Shown in pieces: positions 15,979 through 24,702 of a DNA stretch of 64,000 nt. The notes beneath the pieces were generated by a model. That model was not told the DNA's origin. It saw only the letters and a program-made list of their open reading frames with translations, and did not search any database. The stretch lies in NCBI GenBank assembly GCA_019694295.1, contig JAIBCG010000005.1, positions 5,080 to 69,079 on the forward strand. The letters are read 5' to 3'. Origin of the DNA: Saprospiraceae bacterium (lineage in GTDB: Bacteria > Bacteroidota > Bacteroidia > Chitinophagales > Saprospiraceae). Every line of letters begins with the position of its first letter. Within the stretch, counting starts at the first letter, position 1. The position numbers were made by a program, and so were the translations under genes.

Positions 15979-18879
15979 ATGACGAGAATTTTACTTGAAT
16001 TGAGCAAAAATGGATACATGCTTTTATTTTTGCTTTTAATTGGATTGGTCACAAGTTCTACTCACGCCCAGACGTGTCCGGGTGGGTTAGGTCCGGTGGT
16101 CAATGTTGCATCCTTGCCTTATACAGGCACCAATCTTACTACTTGTGGAGCCGGTAATGAGTTGACCAGTGCCAACACAATAACCTGTGGAAGTAGTTCT
16201 TATTTGGGGGGAGAAGATTTGGTATTCATTTTTACACCAACGGCTACCGGTCTTACTACGATTTCACTTACCAGTGGTTCTTCGTGGATAGGGCTTAAAC
16301 TTTATGCAGGTTGTCCGTTCATAGGACAAGGTGGAACTTGTGTGTCCAATGTTGAAAGTTCTGCCGGTAACCAATCTATGAATGCCGGGGTTACTGCCGG
16401 AGTTACATATTACTTGGTGGTAGATACCTGGCCGACACCAAACTGTATTCCGAGTTTTAACCTTACCATCAGTGCTCCGACACCACCACCATCATGCCCG
16501 AGCGGTTTAGGTACGTACAACAATATTACCTTACCTTATTCTGGTACAGGCCTTACTACTTGTGGAAAAGGTAATACGCTTACAAGTTCTAACGTGAGTC
16601 CTATATGTGGCTCTACTTATTATTATGGAGGAGAGGACGACGTATATATATTTACACCTACATCATCAGGTGCTTATACCATTGCATTGACGAGCAGTAG
16701 TTCTTACGTTGGCATTATGTTGTATGCCGGTTGTCCATTAGCTGGCAATGGTGCTACATGTGTAGGATATTCTCAAAGCAGCGGAGGCAATCAGACTATA
16801 AATGCAACATTGACAGCAGGTGTTACATATTATCTGATTGTTGATACTTGGCCTTCTCCAACTTGTATTCCGAGTTTCAATCTTAATATATCGGGCGGAG
16901 CACCCGGTCCATGCGACAATATAGTATCGCTGCCTTGCGGTACATCTGCCACTGCTACCATGTCAGGAACAGGATCGTTAGCCAGTTCAAGTGCATGTGG
17001 TTGGTCAACACCCGGTCAGGAGAAAATATATTCCTTCACACCTACTGCTTCCGGAAATGCTACGCTTGTAGTATCATCAACCAATAGCGCAGGGTATGTT
17101 GACTATCAATACAAGGCAGCATCAGGTGGTTGTAATGGTACAGGCTGGACCTGTATTATTGATTTGTTTTCACCAGGTTCAGCAACGTTTCCGGTTACGG
17201 CGGGAGTTACATACTATCTGTTGCTTGATCCAGAAACAACCTCATCTGTGACCCATACATTCCAGGTGAATTGTCCTTCGTTAGGTAGTGTCATTACGAT
17301 GAATTGCCCGGCAGCTGTATCGGTATCGTGCGCGTCACAAGTGCCACCGCCAAACCCTGGTTCGGTGATTGCATCAACGACTTGTTCGCCGACTACAGTT
17401 ACTGTCATTCACCTAAGTGATGTGATAAGTGCCCAGACTTGTGCCAACAGATATACCATTACACGAACATATCGTGCCTCTGATGCCTGCGGTACTACCA
17501 AAACTTGTACACAGACTATCACTGTGAATGACCAGACACCGCCTGTGGTCAATTGCCCTGCGAATGTAAATGTAAAATGTGCTGCGCAGGTACCTGTGGT
17601 TAATCTAAATCAGGTGACCGGAGCAGACAACTGTACAGGGTCGGTAACGTTTTCGTATCTTGGTGAGGTAATAAGTGATCAGCTATGTGACAACCAATAT
17701 AAAATAACCAGAACATTCCGTGGTACAGATGCATGTGGCAATTCAGCCACGTGTGCACAGGTTATTGAAGTGAAAGATGATGTAAAACCGGTTTTAGGTA
17801 CCATTCCGGCAGATGTTACCTTATCTTGTACAGACCCGATACCTGCACCACCTGTAGTTACCGGAACGGATAATTGTGCCGGATCTGTGTCTGTGACATT
17901 CAAAGAAACTAGTACACAAAGCGATTATCCTACACTTTGTAGAGCGTATTCTTATGAAATAACAAGAGTGTGGACAGCCAAGGATGCCTGTAAAAATACA
18001 TCATTTAAGGTACAGAAAATTACGGTACAGGATACCAAAGCACCTGAATTTACATACACTCCACCACAGTTCATTACTGTAGAGTGTGATGATGATGGTA
18101 GTAATAATGAAGATCCGATTGCAGTAGATGATTGTGATGGTAATCCATCAGTAATACTGAATGTGAAATATAAATTCGGACTTGAAGGATGTGCAGGCAA
18201 CTATATAGCAGCATATACATGGACAGCCGGCGACAAGTGTGGCAATACCAGCCAATATACCCAATACATAACAGTTATTGACTCAGAAGCACCACAGATT
18301 AAGTGTCCGAACAATGTGGAAGTGAGCAGCCCGATTCCAATAGCCGTTACATGGCAGTCGCCAAAAGGTAGTGACTACTGCGACGGTCCGATTATTCCGG
18401 TACAGATTCAGGGTCCTCCTCCGGGTAGTATATTCCCTGCACCAAGTAAGACGATAATCGTGTATCAGGCAACTGATAATTGTGGCAATGTATCAACATG
18501 TTCGTTCCTTGTAATCGTTCGTACAGGTAATGAAGGTTATGTTACAGGTATAGGAAGTGAGACATCATTGAACAATGCCGTACAATCAAGCCAATCTGAT
18601 GCTGCTACCTACCTTGGTATGACCACGCTGTATCAAAATGAACCGAATCCGTTTGGTAACAATACGACTATCAGATTCGATCTTGAAACAGCAGGTACAG
18701 CAGTTATCCAAATAATGGATATTACCGGAAAAACGATAAGGCAAATACAAGGCGAATATCCTTCAGGCAAAAACTTTATCAATATCGACAACAGTCAGCT
18801 TCCTGCAAGTGGTATGTACTACTATCAGTTGAGGACAAAAGACTTTAACGATACGAAGAAGATGTTGTATATTAAGTAA
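15979..18879 (+). CDS. T9SS-sorted modular surface protein, paralogue 1 (2 A modules, 1 B module, about 5 HYR-like modules, type A CTD)
   Basis: Signal peptide ...SSTHAQ. Two ~135-aa modules begin CP(G/S)GLG.... One ~125-aa module begins CDNIVSLPCGTSATATM.... HYR-like units have the form NCPA.V.V.CA.QVP...DNC.G...ITRT(Y/F)R..DACG. The CTD is LYQNEPNPFGNNTTIRF...MYYYQLRTKDFNDTKKMLYIK. Confidence 0.8.
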   Translation: MTRILLELSKNGYMLLFLLLIGLVTSSTHAQTCPGGLGPVVNVASLPYTGTNLTTCGAGNELTSANTITCGSSSYLGGEDLVFIFTPTATGLTTISLTSGSSWIGLKLYAGCPFIGQGGTCVSNVESSAGNQSMNAGVTAGVTYYLVVDTWPTPNCIPSFNLTISAPTPPPSCPSGLGTYNNITLPYSGTGLTTCGKGNTLTSSNVSPICGSTYYYGGEDDVYIFTPTSSGAYTIALTSSSSYVGIMLYAGCPLAGNGATCVGYSQSSGGNQTINATLTAGVTYYLIVDTWPSPTCIPSFNLNISGGAPGPCDNIVSLPCGTSATATMSGTGSLASSSACGWSTPGQEKIYSFTPTASGNATLVVSSTNSAGYVDYQYKAASGGCNGTGWTCIIDLFSPGSATFPVTAGVTYYLLLDPETTSSVTHTFQVNCPSLGSVITMNCPAAVSVSCASQVPPPNPGSVIASTTCSPTTVTVIHLSDVISAQTCANRYTITRTYRASDACGTTKTCTQTITVNDQTPPVVNCPANVNVKCAAQVPVVNLNQVTGADNCTGSVTFSYLGEVISDQLCDNQYKITRTFRGTDACGNSATCAQVIEVKDDVKPVLGTIPADVTLSCTDPIPAPPVVTGTDNCAGSVSVTFKETSTQSDYPTLCRAYSYEITRVWTAKDACKNTSFKVQKITVQDTKAPEFTYTPPQFITVECDDDGSNNEDPIAVDDCDGNPSVILNVKYKFGLEGCAGNYIAAYTWTAGDKCGNTSQYTQYITVIDSEAPQIKCPNNVEVSSPIPIAVTWQSPKGSDYCDGPIIPVQIQGPPPGSIFPAPSKTIIVYQATDNCGNVSTCSFLVIVRTGNEGYVTGIGSETSLNNAVQSSQSDAATYLGMTTLYQNEPNPFGNNTTIRFDLETAGTAVIQIMDITGKTIRQIQGEYPSGKNFINIDNSQLPASGMYYYQLRTKDFNDTKKMLYIK

Positions 18880-18898
18880 AAATATTAATTCTTTTCGA

Positions 18899-18931
18899 AT
18901 GCCCTCCGGTATTTCTATCGGGGGGCATTTC
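18899..18931 (+). terminator. intrinsic terminator
   Basis: AATGCCCTCCG-gtatttctat-CGGGGGGCATT followed by a T-containing tail, 20 nt after the stop codon. Confidence 0.7.
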
Positions 18932-19053
18932 TTGTGATAATATGTGTAGATGTAGCAATAAAAAAGAGAGCCGATTGTTAAATATTTTTTACTATACAGT
19001 TACAATATTTTAGATACAAATAATTTTCCTAACTATTTACACCATTTATAATT

Positions 19054-22000
19054 ATGCTAATTAATCTACATTTTAAAAAAATTAGAAATGTAAGAATTAT
19101 TGGAATATTTTTATTATGTATTCTTATAAGTTTTAATCTCTTCTCTCAATGCAACAATGGCTCATCTTATGGATCTGCTATTGCGCCAACTAATTCTGCA
19201 CCTGTGACCATTACTACATGTGCCTTCGCAGGTGAATATAGTACAATCACCAGTGCGGTAGCCGGTTCAACATACCAATTTGTGGCGACAGGTGGTGCAG
19301 GTAATTATATTACCATCCGTCAAGGTTCCCCTTCCGGTACGGTTATAGGTTACGGGAATTCACCATTAAACGTAACATGTACAGTATCAGGCTCATTATA
19401 TATGCACCTAAATACTAATAGCTCTTGTGGTACCGATGCATCATGTCACACGGAAACCATTCAATGTACAAGCTGTGGATCGGGTGGATCGGGCTGTCCT
19501 TCAGGTTTGGGTTCTTATGTTAATATTACATTGCCATATAATGGGACAGGATTGACCAATTGTGGTAAAGGTAATGATATTACCAGTATAAATGTAAGCC
19601 CTATATGTGGGTCATCATCTTATTATGGTGGTGAAGATGAAGTTTATATATTTACACCTGCTTCTACTGCTTCTTATACGGTTAGCTTTACGAGCAGCAG
19701 TAGTTGGGTTGGTCTTATGTTATATGCCGGCTGCCCTTTGACAGGTGGAGGGGCTACTTGTGCAGGATATGCACAGGGTTCGTCAGGTAACCAAACTATC
19801 ACCGCAACACTCACAGCAGGCGTTACTTATTATTTAGTTGTGGATTCTTGGCCATCTCCTACTTGTCATTCTAGTTATAATCTGTCAATAACAAGTGGAG
19901 CTTCAGACCCTTGTACTTCCATAATCACATTGCCATGCGGAACATCAACAACTGCAACCCTGTCTGGTAGCAGCTCATGGTCGAGTTCGAGTTCTTGTGG
20001 CTACAGTACACCTGGACAGGAGAAGATATATTCCTTCACACCGACCAGTTCAGGAACAGCAACGCTACAAGTGACCTCTGCCAGTGGTAGTTATGTTGAT
20101 TATCAATTTAAAGCAGCATCTGGTGGTTGCAGCCCCACAGGTTGGACTTGTATAGATGATGTATATACTTCTGGTTCATATACATTTACAGTTACCAGTG
20201 GAGTTACTTACTATCTATTGCTGGATGCCGAAACTACTTCAACCACAACACACACGTTCCAGATTAATTGCCCCGCAGCCGATCCTTGCTCATCCATAAT
20301 CACATTGCCATGCGGAACATCAACAACGGCAACCCTGGCAGGTAGCAGCTCATGGGCGAGTTCGAGTTCTTGTGGCTATAGTACACCTGGACAGGAGAAG
20401 ATATATTCCTTCACACCGACCAGTTCAGGAACAGCAACGCTACAAGTGACCTCTGCCAGTGGTAGTTATGTTGATTATCAATTTAAAGCAGCATCTGGTG
20501 GTTGCAGCCCTACAGGCTGGACATGTATAGATGATGTTGCATTTACAGGTTCATTTCCTTTCACGGTTACAGCTGGAGTCACCTATTATATATTGCTTGA
20601 TGCCGAATCTACTTCAACCACAACACACACATTCCAGATTAATTGCCCTGCAAACGATCCGTGCTCATCAATAAGCACATTAGCTTGCGGTACGTCAACA
20701 ACTGCTACACTAACAGGTAGCAGCTCATGGTCGAGTTCGAGTTCTTGTGGCTTTAGTACACCTGGACAGGAGAAGATATATTCCTTCACACCGGCATATT
20801 CAGGAACTGCAACGCTACAAGTAACCTCTGCCAGTGGTAGTTATGTTGATTATCAATTTAAGGCAGCATCTGGTGGTTGCAGTCCTACAGGCTGGACATG
20901 TATAGATGATGTTGCAGGTGCAGGTTCATATCCTTTCACGGTTACAGCCGGAGTTACGTACTATTTATTGCTTGATGCCGAAACTTCTGGGACCACTTCA
21001 CATACATTTCAGATTAACTGTCCTGTATTTGACCCTTGTACTTCCATAAGCACATTAGCTTGTGGAGCATCAACAACTGCAACACTAACAGGTAGTAGCT
21101 CTTGGGCGAGTTCAAGTACATGTGGTTTTTCTACACCTGGTCAAGAGAATATATATTCCTTCACACCGGCATATTCAGGAACTGCGACGCTGCAGGTTAG
21201 TTCAGCCAGTGGCGGTTTTATAGATTATCAGTTCAAGGCAGCATCAGGTGGCTGTAGCAATAGTGGCTGGACATGCATAGATGATGTATATATTCCTGGT
21301 TCCTATACATTTACTGTCACCGGAGGAGTTACTTACTATTTATTGCTTGATGCCGAAACTACTTCAACCACTTCACATACATTTCAGATTAACTGTCCTG
21401 TATTTGACCCTTGTTCTTCCATAAGCACATTATCTTGCGGAACATCAACAACTGCAACTCTAACAGGTAGTAGCTCTTGGGCGAGTTCGAGTACATGTGG
21501 TTTTTCTACACCCGGACAAGAGAATATATATTCCTTCACTCCGACCAGTTCAGGTACTGCAACACTCCAGGTTAGTTCAGCCAGTGGCGGTTTTATAGAT
21601 TATCAGTTCAAAGCTGCATCAGGTGGCTGTAGTAATAGTGGCTGGACATGCATTGATGATGTATATATTCCTGGTTCCTATACATTTACAGTTACCGGTG
21701 GAGTTACTTACTATTTATTGCTGGATGCTGAAACTACGTCAACAGTATCGCACAGCTTTCAGATTAACTGTCCGACAGGAAATATTACAATGAATTGCCC
21801 TGCACCGGTTAATGTATCTTGTGCTGCAAATGTGCCGACACCAAATCCCGGTTCAGTGGCAGCAAGCACTAACTGTGGAATTCCTTCTGTGAATGTTACG
21901 TTTGGTGGCGATATAATCAGCAATCAGACCTGTGCCAATAAATATACAATCACAAGGATTTATAATGCTACTGATATGTGTGGTAATACGGCCTCTTGTG

Positions 22001-24354
22001 CACAAATTATTACAGTCAATGATTCGACAGCACCGACAATTGCTTGTCCTGCACCGGTTACAGTATCGTGTGCTTCACTTGTGCCACCACCAAACCCGGG
22101 AAGTATTACGGCAACGGATAATTGTTCAGGTACAGCCACTGTTACGTTTGTAAGTGATGTTATCAGTAATCAGACTTGTGCAAATAAATATACTATAACC
22201 CGTACTTATCTTGCAACGGATATATGTGGTAACACCGCAACATGCACTCAAATTATTACAGTCAATGATGCGACGGCACCTACAATTACGTGTCCTGCAC
22301 CGGTTACAGTATCGTGTGCTTCACTTGTGCCACCACCAAACCCGGGAAGCATTGTGGCAGCCGATAATTGTTCAGGTACTGCAACTGTCACGTTTGTAAG
22401 TGATGTCATTAGTAATCAGACCTGTGTGAATAAATATACCATAACCCGTACCTATCTTGCAACGGATATATGTGGCAACACAGCAACATGTACTCAAATT
22501 ATAACTGTAAATGATACATCAGTACCAACTATCTCTTGTCCGGCTCCGGTGACAGTTTCTTGCGCCGAATCAGTTCCTCCACCTAACCCTGGTAGTGTTA
22601 CGGCCTCTGATAATTGTGGCGGGTCTTTGACGGTTGTGTTTGTAGGAGATGTCATTAGTAACCAGACTTGTGCTAATAAATATACTATAACTCGTACCTA
22701 TCGTGCTACGGATTTATGTGGCAACTCGGCTACATGTACTCAGATGATTACTGTCAATGATATAACGCCACCTTCTATTACATGCCCTGCTTCTGTGACC
22801 GTATCATGTGCTTCTGAAGTACCGGCACCTAATATCAATCTGGTTTTAGCTTCCGATAATTGCAGCGGAGCTGTAACAAAAACATTTGTGAGTGATGTGA
22901 TAAGTGCTCAGACTTGTGTCAACAGATATACTATAACCCGTACTTATCGTGCTACGGATGTGTGTGGCAACTCGGCTACTTGTACTCAAATTATTATTGT
23001 TAATGATCAGACAAAACCAACGATTACGTGTCCGGCAGATGTTCAATTTAGTTGTGCAGGGCAGGTGCCACCGGTTAACCTCAACCTCGTAGGTGCAAGC
23101 GATAATTGTAGCGGAGCGGTCACCAAGTCATTGGTAAGCGAAGTGGTAAGCAATTTGAAATGCGACAATAACTATATTCTGACTCGTACCTACCGTGCTA
23201 CAGATGCGTGTGGAAATTTCGCAGAATGTTCACAGAAGATAACTGTCTTTGACAATGTTCCTCCGACATTTACTTCAACACCTGCAAGTATCACTCTTGA
23301 ATGTACAGACGTAGTACCTGCACCACCGATAGTCACAGCAACTGATAATTGTACCGGAATAGTCAAGATAGTGTTTAAGGAAGTTTCAACTAAGAGCAAC
23401 TACCTCAATGATTGCCGAGCCTATTCATACAAAATCACCAGAACTTGGGTAGCCACCGATGTGTGTGGCAACAGTACAAGTATTGTACAGACAATAACGG
23501 TACAGGATACAAAGGCACCGGAATTTGCATTTACTCCACCACAGTTTATTACAGTAGAATGTGACGATGACGGAAGTAATAATCAGGACCCAATAGCATT
23601 CGATGATTGCGATGGAAACCCTACGGTAATATTGAATGTCAAATACAAATTCGGACTTGATGGCTGTGCAGGAAGTTATCTGGCTACCTATACATGGACA
23701 GCTAGCGATAAATGTGGCAATACTGCACAATACACACAGTACATTACAGTTATTGACTCTGAAGCCCCTGAAATAAAGTGCCCTCAGGACATCGTTGTTA
23801 CAAGCCTTGTGCCTATCACAGTTACTTGGCCTGCCGCTAAAGGTAGCGATTTCTGCGACGGCTCCGTGACACCTGTCCAGATTCAGGGTCCTCCTCCGGG
23901 TAGTATATTCCCTGCACCAAGTAAAACGGTAATCGTGTATCAGGCAACAGATAATTGTGGCAATGTATCAACTTGTTCATTCCTTGTCATCGTGAAACCT
24001 GGTACAGACGGATATGTCAATACAAATATTAATAAAGCTTCTGTAGCTAATCAAGTAACCCAAATGGCTGTAGATGCTGTTGTTGGTAGCGGTACAAATG
24101 TATTATTCCAAAATGAACCGAACCCTTTTGAAAACAATACAGTAATCAGATTTATCCTTGAGAAACCTTCTTTTGCTACTTTGCAAATCATGGATATCAC
24201 AGGTAAAACGATTAAAATGATTCAGGATGATTATCCTGCAGGACAAAACAGTATCAATATCGACAACAGTCAGCTTCCTGCAAGTGGTATGTACTACTAT
24301 CAGTTGAGGACAAAAGACTTCAACGATACGAAGAAGATGTTGTATATTAAGTAA
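19054..24354 (+). CDS. T9SS-sorted modular surface protein, paralogue 2 (extra N-terminal domain, 1 A module, 5 B modules, about 9 HYR-like modules, type A CTD)
   Basis: 1766 aa with the same module vocabulary as 15979-18879. The C-terminal ~360 aa is collinear with paralogue 1, and the last 102 nt are identical except for one base. Confidence 0.8.
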   Translation: MLINLHFKKIRNVRIIGIFLLCILISFNLFSQCNNGSSYGSAIAPTNSAPVTITTCAFAGEYSTITSAVAGSTYQFVATGGAGNYITIRQGSPSGTVIGYGNSPLNVTCTVSGSLYMHLNTNSSCGTDASCHTETIQCTSCGSGGSGCPSGLGSYVNITLPYNGTGLTNCGKGNDITSINVSPICGSSSYYGGEDEVYIFTPASTASYTVSFTSSSSWVGLMLYAGCPLTGGGATCAGYAQGSSGNQTITATLTAGVTYYLVVDSWPSPTCHSSYNLSITSGASDPCTSIITLPCGTSTTATLSGSSSWSSSSSCGYSTPGQEKIYSFTPTSSGTATLQVTSASGSYVDYQFKAASGGCSPTGWTCIDDVYTSGSYTFTVTSGVTYYLLLDAETTSTTTHTFQINCPAADPCSSIITLPCGTSTTATLAGSSSWASSSSCGYSTPGQEKIYSFTPTSSGTATLQVTSASGSYVDYQFKAASGGCSPTGWTCIDDVAFTGSFPFTVTAGVTYYILLDAESTSTTTHTFQINCPANDPCSSISTLACGTSTTATLTGSSSWSSSSSCGFSTPGQEKIYSFTPAYSGTATLQVTSASGSYVDYQFKAASGGCSPTGWTCIDDVAGAGSYPFTVTAGVTYYLLLDAETSGTTSHTFQINCPVFDPCTSISTLACGASTTATLTGSSSWASSSTCGFSTPGQENIYSFTPAYSGTATLQVSSASGGFIDYQFKAASGGCSNSGWTCIDDVYIPGSYTFTVTGGVTYYLLLDAETTSTTSHTFQINCPVFDPCSSISTLSCGTSTTATLTGSSSWASSSTCGFSTPGQENIYSFTPTSSGTATLQVSSASGGFIDYQFKAASGGCSNSGWTCIDDVYIPGSYTFTVTGGVTYYLLLDAETTSTVSHSFQINCPTGNITMNCPAPVNVSCAANVPTPNPGSVAASTNCGIPSVNVTFGGDIISNQTCANKYTITRIYNATDMCGNTASCAQIITVNDSTAPTIACPAPVTVSCASLVPPPNPGSITATDNCSGTATVTFVSDVISNQTCANKYTITRTYLATDICGNTATCTQIITVNDATAPTITCPAPVTVSCASLVPPPNPGSIVAADNCSGTATVTFVSDVISNQTCVNKYTITRTYLATDICGNTATCTQIITVNDTSVPTISCPAPVTVSCAESVPPPNPGSVTASDNCGGSLTVVFVGDVISNQTCANKYTITRTYRATDLCGNSATCTQMITVNDITPPSITCPASVTVSCASEVPAPNINLVLASDNCSGAVTKTFVSDVISAQTCVNRYTITRTYRATDVCGNSATCTQIIIVNDQTKPTITCPADVQFSCAGQVPPVNLNLVGASDNCSGAVTKSLVSEVVSNLKCDNNYILTRTYRATDACGNFAECSQKITVFDNVPPTFTSTPASITLECTDVVPAPPIVTATDNCTGIVKIVFKEVSTKSNYLNDCRAYSYKITRTWVATDVCGNSTSIVQTITVQDTKAPEFAFTPPQFITVECDDDGSNNQDPIAFDDCDGNPTVILNVKYKFGLDGCAGSYLATYTWTASDKCGNTAQYTQYITVIDSEAPEIKCPQDIVVTSLVPITVTWPAAKGSDFCDGSVTPVQIQGPPPGSIFPAPSKTVIVYQATDNCGNVSTCSFLVIVKPGTDGYVNTNINKASVANQVTQMAVDAVVGSGTNVLFQNEPNPFENNTVIRFILEKPSFATLQIMDITGKTIKMIQDDYPAGQNSINIDNSQLPASGMYYYQLRTKDFNDTKKMLYIK
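19906..21780 (+). repeat. five tandem in-frame 375-bp (125-aa) repeats (B modules)
   Basis: Unit starts at 19906, 20281, 20656, 21031 and 21406, exactly 375 bp apart. Units 1 and 2 share a perfectly identical run of more than 120 bp. Overall identity between neighbouring units is about 90 percent by eye. Confidence 0.95.
22045..23274 (+). repeat. five tandem in-frame 246-bp (82-aa) HYR-like repeats, flanked by more diverged units
   Basis: CP(A/D)(P/S)V... unit starts at 22045, 22291, 22537, 22783 and 23029. The units at 22045 and 22291 are nearly identical at the nucleotide level. Confidence 0.9.
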
Positions 24355-24375
24355 TTATATTATTTGTTGAATACT

Positions 24376-24415
24376 TGCCCTCCGGTCCTTGATCGGGGGG
24401 CATTTTATTTTTATT
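24376..24415 (+). terminator. intrinsic terminator
   Basis: TGCCCTCCGG-tccttga-TCGGGGGGCA followed by TTTTATTTTTATTT. The stem arms are conserved with the terminator at 18899-18931. Confidence 0.75.
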
Positions 24416-24470
24416 TGCTTCGTACCTAGCGTTCATACCAGCATAGCTTTGTTTATATTGTGCCCAGATA

Positions 24471-24622
24471 TCGCATTAGACTCTTTACTGCAAATACTTA
24501 TTACTTCCAATATATTTCAAAGCTCAAAAACTATAGTTCACTATGCTTTTCACATTTATATGGATTTTTTGTACTTATCATTTTCGTTTAAATTCTTATT
24601 CTTTTATCAGGGTTTAGGCAAT
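24471..24622 (+). mobile_element. MITE-like intergenic repeat, copy 2
   Basis: Collinear with copy 1. Shared blocks include CGCATTAG, TTTACTGC, ATAGTTCACTAT and ATCATTTTCGTTTAAAT. The terminal repeat is degraded. Confidence 0.6.
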
Positions 24623-24702
24623 TTGTGTTTTAAGTGAAATTATTTTATCGTGTTTTGCTATTAGATTTTAATTATTCATAAATTTATGGACAAATTGATA
24701 TT

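Noticed and set aside
19906-21780. Non-coding satellite or assembly artefact
   Set aside because: The period is exactly 375 bp (125 codons). The frame stays open through all units and the units differ at scattered positions. It is a coding repeat, although an assembly check with long reads is still advisable.
24389-24637. 82-aa plus-strand ORF
   Set aside because: It spans the terminator tail and MITE-like copy 2. The sequence is low complexity and the other MITE copies do not keep the frame.
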